64,000 nucleotides of DNA from Fimbriosthenelais zetlandica (lineage: Eukaryota), in the NCBI GenBank assembly GCA_977030845.1, contig OZ365112.1, positions 21,142,001 through 21,206,000 of the forward strand, given 5' to 3'. A program made the position numbers and the translations under genes. A model generated the notes under the pieces. The model had not been told where the DNA came from, ran no database searches, and saw only the letters and a list, made by a program, of their open reading frames with translations. Shown here piece by piece: positions 61,701 to 64,000 of this stretch (positions are counted from its first letter, which is position 1; the number at the start of each line of letters is the position of its first letter).

Positions 61701-64000
61701 ATAATGATATTTTTTAGATGAGATAATATATTTTCAAACCTTCTATTTATGCAGGCCCGGCTGGTTCAAGAGGAAGTAGGGGTGAAAGGGGTCCTTCAGG
61801 CCCAACAGGGTCAGCCGGTCTCCCAGGTCCCCGTGGATCGGATGGAAGATCAGGGCCAACTGGGCCTGCTGGACCAAGAGGTGAACAAGGTGAACGGGGG
61901 CCTGGCGGAGAAGCTGGTCGTCCAGGTTCACCGGGAAGAAGAGGATCTCCAGGTATAGTAGAAGTTTCTTCTGTTCTGTGCCAATATATTGATATGAAAG
62001 CATCTTGACTCACACATCAAACGTTTTCACTTATGATAATTATTAGGCCTACATGAAAACTTATTTTTTAGGACCAAGAGGACCGCCACAAGAACCAGCA
62101 GAAAATATCCCTGGCCCACCAGGTCCAACTGGTGCTATTGGTAGTCCAGGGACTCAGGGAGACCGTGGACCACCTGGGGAATCAGGAGAACCCGGTGAAG
62201 CTGGTCGTGCAGGTAGTCCAGGTGGTGCTGGACCACGAGGCCCACAGGGAGAACGTGGACCCCAGGGAGAGCGTGGAGGTGCCGGCCCATCTGGTTCAGC
62301 TGGACCAAGAGGTCCATCCGGACCATCTGGACCTGCAGGTGAGGCTGGTGAACCAGGCGAACAAGGCCCTGCTGGCCCTGCTGGATCACGTGGTTTGCCT
62401 GGAGAACGCGGCCAGTCAGGTGAGGCAGGAACGCCTGGTGAGAGAGGTGAGCCTGGTCCACAAGGTAGTCCAGGACGTGCTGGACCTCTTGGACCTGCCG
62501 GTCCATCTGGCGAGGCAGGTGCACGTGGCGAAGCTGGTGAAAGAGGCAGAGATGGCCAGCCTGGTCGTGATGGTGAACCTGGACGTGATGGATCTGCAGG
62601 ACTTCCTGGACCCAGGGGCAGACCCGGGTCACAAGGTGAACAAGGTGAACAAGGCGAACGTGGTGAGGTTGGTGCTCCTGGCTCTGCTGGTTCAGATGGG
62701 CGACGGGGAGGTGGTGGTGAACGAGGACAACCTGGTCCACCAGGACCTACTGGTGCTGCTGGAGAACCTGGTTCAAGAGGCCCAGCAGGTCCGACAGGAG
62801 AAAGGGGGGAAAGAGGACAAGCTGGAGAAGGTGGTCAAAGAGGTGAGCCAGGAAGTGCTGGAAGGGCTGGATCACCTGGCCAAAGAGGAGAACGTGGTCC
62901 AGGAGGATCCGCAGGAGCCCCTGGCCCCGATGGTGAAGCTGGTTCCCAAGGAGAGCCTGGACCAAATGGTGCAGCTGGCCCACAAGGAGAAAGGGGACAA
63001 CGTGGAGAAGCTGGATCACCAGGTATGACATACATTAATTCTGTCAAGCATGGAAATATCACATTATAAATATCTTTGTCGTTCTGAAATCATCTTGATA
63101 GAGACTTAGTTAAATGACACATGGCTTTGTTTTGTAGGAAATGCTGGACGCGATGGAACCCCAGGTCTTCCTGGAGAGGCCGGAAGGTCAGGTCCATCTG
63201 GACCCGCTGGATCAGCTGGAGAAAGAGGACAACCTGGTGAAGCTGGACCTCGCGGAGAACAGGGAACTAGAGGTTCACAGGGACCACAGGGAGCTGGTGG
63301 AGAAAGAGGACGTGCTGGTGCTTCAGGTGCACCGGGTCTTCCAGGTGAACGTGGACGTGACGGTGAGGGTGGTGCCAGAGGTCCTGCTGGACCATCAGGA
63401 CCAGCTGGAGCTGATGGAGAAGCTGGTCAACCTGGACCAGCTGGACCACAGGGAGAGCGCGGTCAACCAGGAGAACGAGGTCAACCTGGAGAAGCAGGAC
63501 AGGCAGGAGAAGCAGGAGAGCCTGGACGTCCTGGTCCCGCAGGCAGAGCAGGTCCACAAGGGTCATCTGGCCCCCAAGGTGAAGCAGGAGCTCGTGGGGA
63601 GCAAGGACAAAGAGGAAGTGATGGCAGACCTGGTAGTGCTGGCCGTCCTGGTAAACAAAGTTTCATATTGATATCCAAATTGTATAAAAAATATAATATA
63701 TATGAATTAAAATATAACATGAAGTAAATGAATATCACAATTATAAGCCTGGAATTTTACAGCAGGAAGAGGTCATTGTCTAGACAGGGCCTGCAATGGA
63801 TGTCCATATATTAGCAGTGATGGTATTTACCTTTTTACAGGCGAGAGAGGACCACGTGGACCTTCAGGTCCTGGAGGGCCCCAAGGTCCAACTGGTGCAG
63901 CTGGGCCATCCGGCCAGCGTGGAGAAGCTGGTGAACGCGGCCAGCCAGGTCAATCTGGTGCTCTTGGAGAACAGGGCCCTCGTGGACCAGATGGACCAGC
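46617..64000 (+). CDS. Giant vWA-domain collagen, 3' partial: signal peptide - vWA - about 1,070 Gly-X-Y triplets
   Basis: Hand-spliced coding exons: 46617-46737, 47841-47912, 47998-48630, 48881-49018, 49228-49623, 49896-50528, 50679-50939, 51126-51260, 51445-51669, 51848-52288, 52497-52657, 52772-52979, 53184-53534, 53652-53876, 54007-55059, 55260-55484, 55626-55769, 55950-56156, 56317-56712, 56901-57656, 57946-58170, 58321-58680, 58816-59571, 59743-60030, 60126-60196, 60327-60498, 61755-61952, 62072-63022, 63138-63650, 63841-end. All are GT-AG, phase-compatible and stop-free. Extra small exons between 46738 and 47840 cannot be excluded. Confidence 0.92.
47998..48630 (+). CDS. von Willebrand factor A domain exon of the collagen (divergent)
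   Basis: 633-nt phase 1-1 exon: [12 protein letters not shown] (beta-A), [14 protein letters not shown] (compare the usual IVLTD), MTVIGVAVG, ending NYCPPP. Flanking Cys residues are typical of vWA modules. Confidence 0.85.
48881..62088 (+). CDS. Collagen triple-helical domain 1, about 893 Gly-X-Y triplets
   Basis: Continuous Gly-X-Y across 24 exons plus the start of a 25th; only imperfections are GSQP (50336-50347) and GGSLGR (58410-58427). Confidence 0.9.
60861..60886. repeat. (ATAAT)n microsatellite in the longest intron of the helix-coding region
   Basis: ataatataatataataatataatata read directly. Confidence 0.6.
62113..64000 (+). CDS. Collagen triple-helical domain 2, more than 175 triplets, runs off the window
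   Basis: Gly-X-Y resumes after the QEPAENIP linker and continues without interruption to position 64000. Confidence 0.9.

Noticed and set aside
49296-63738. Many long minus-strand and shifted-frame ORFs over the collagen exons (GPxGPx-like antisense, or LDQQDLVD-like)
   Set aside because: These are by-products of GGN-CCN codon repetition, which rarely creates stops in other frames. They track the plus-strand exons and lack their own splice logic.
1-64000. CRISPR arrays, tRNA/rRNA genes, prokaryotic operons
   Set aside because: The sequence is eukaryotic with spliceosomal introns; I saw no repeat-spacer array or structured RNA gene.

Overview
AT-rich, intron-containing animal genomic DNA. 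An invertebrate deuterostome such as an echinoderm is my guess from sequence style only. Three genes are supportable. (1) The 5' end of eRF3/GSPT1 on the minus strand (exons 2490-2688, 891-914, 355-576; the rest lies off the left edge). (2) One coding exon of a Gly/Ser/Arg-rich single-pass membrane protein on the minus strand (29199-29763). (3) A very large collagen gene on the plus strand (start codon 46617, running off the right edge). It encodes a signal peptide, one divergent vWA domain, then about 1,070 Gly-X-Y triplets (about 3,200 aa) within the window. The first about 893 triplets have only two one-triplet imperfections, and by manual translation the whole helix contains no Lys. The giant Lys-free vWA-collagen is the main candidate for an undescribed system. 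The intervening ~43 kb is mostly non-coding. It holds degraded TE-like sequence, a small TA-flanked Tc1/mariner-type MITE, a polarity-switching 10-bp satellite flanked by divergent CTCF-like motifs, and G-quadruplex tracts. All gene models were spliced by hand from GT-AG sites and reading frame; no database search was possible.
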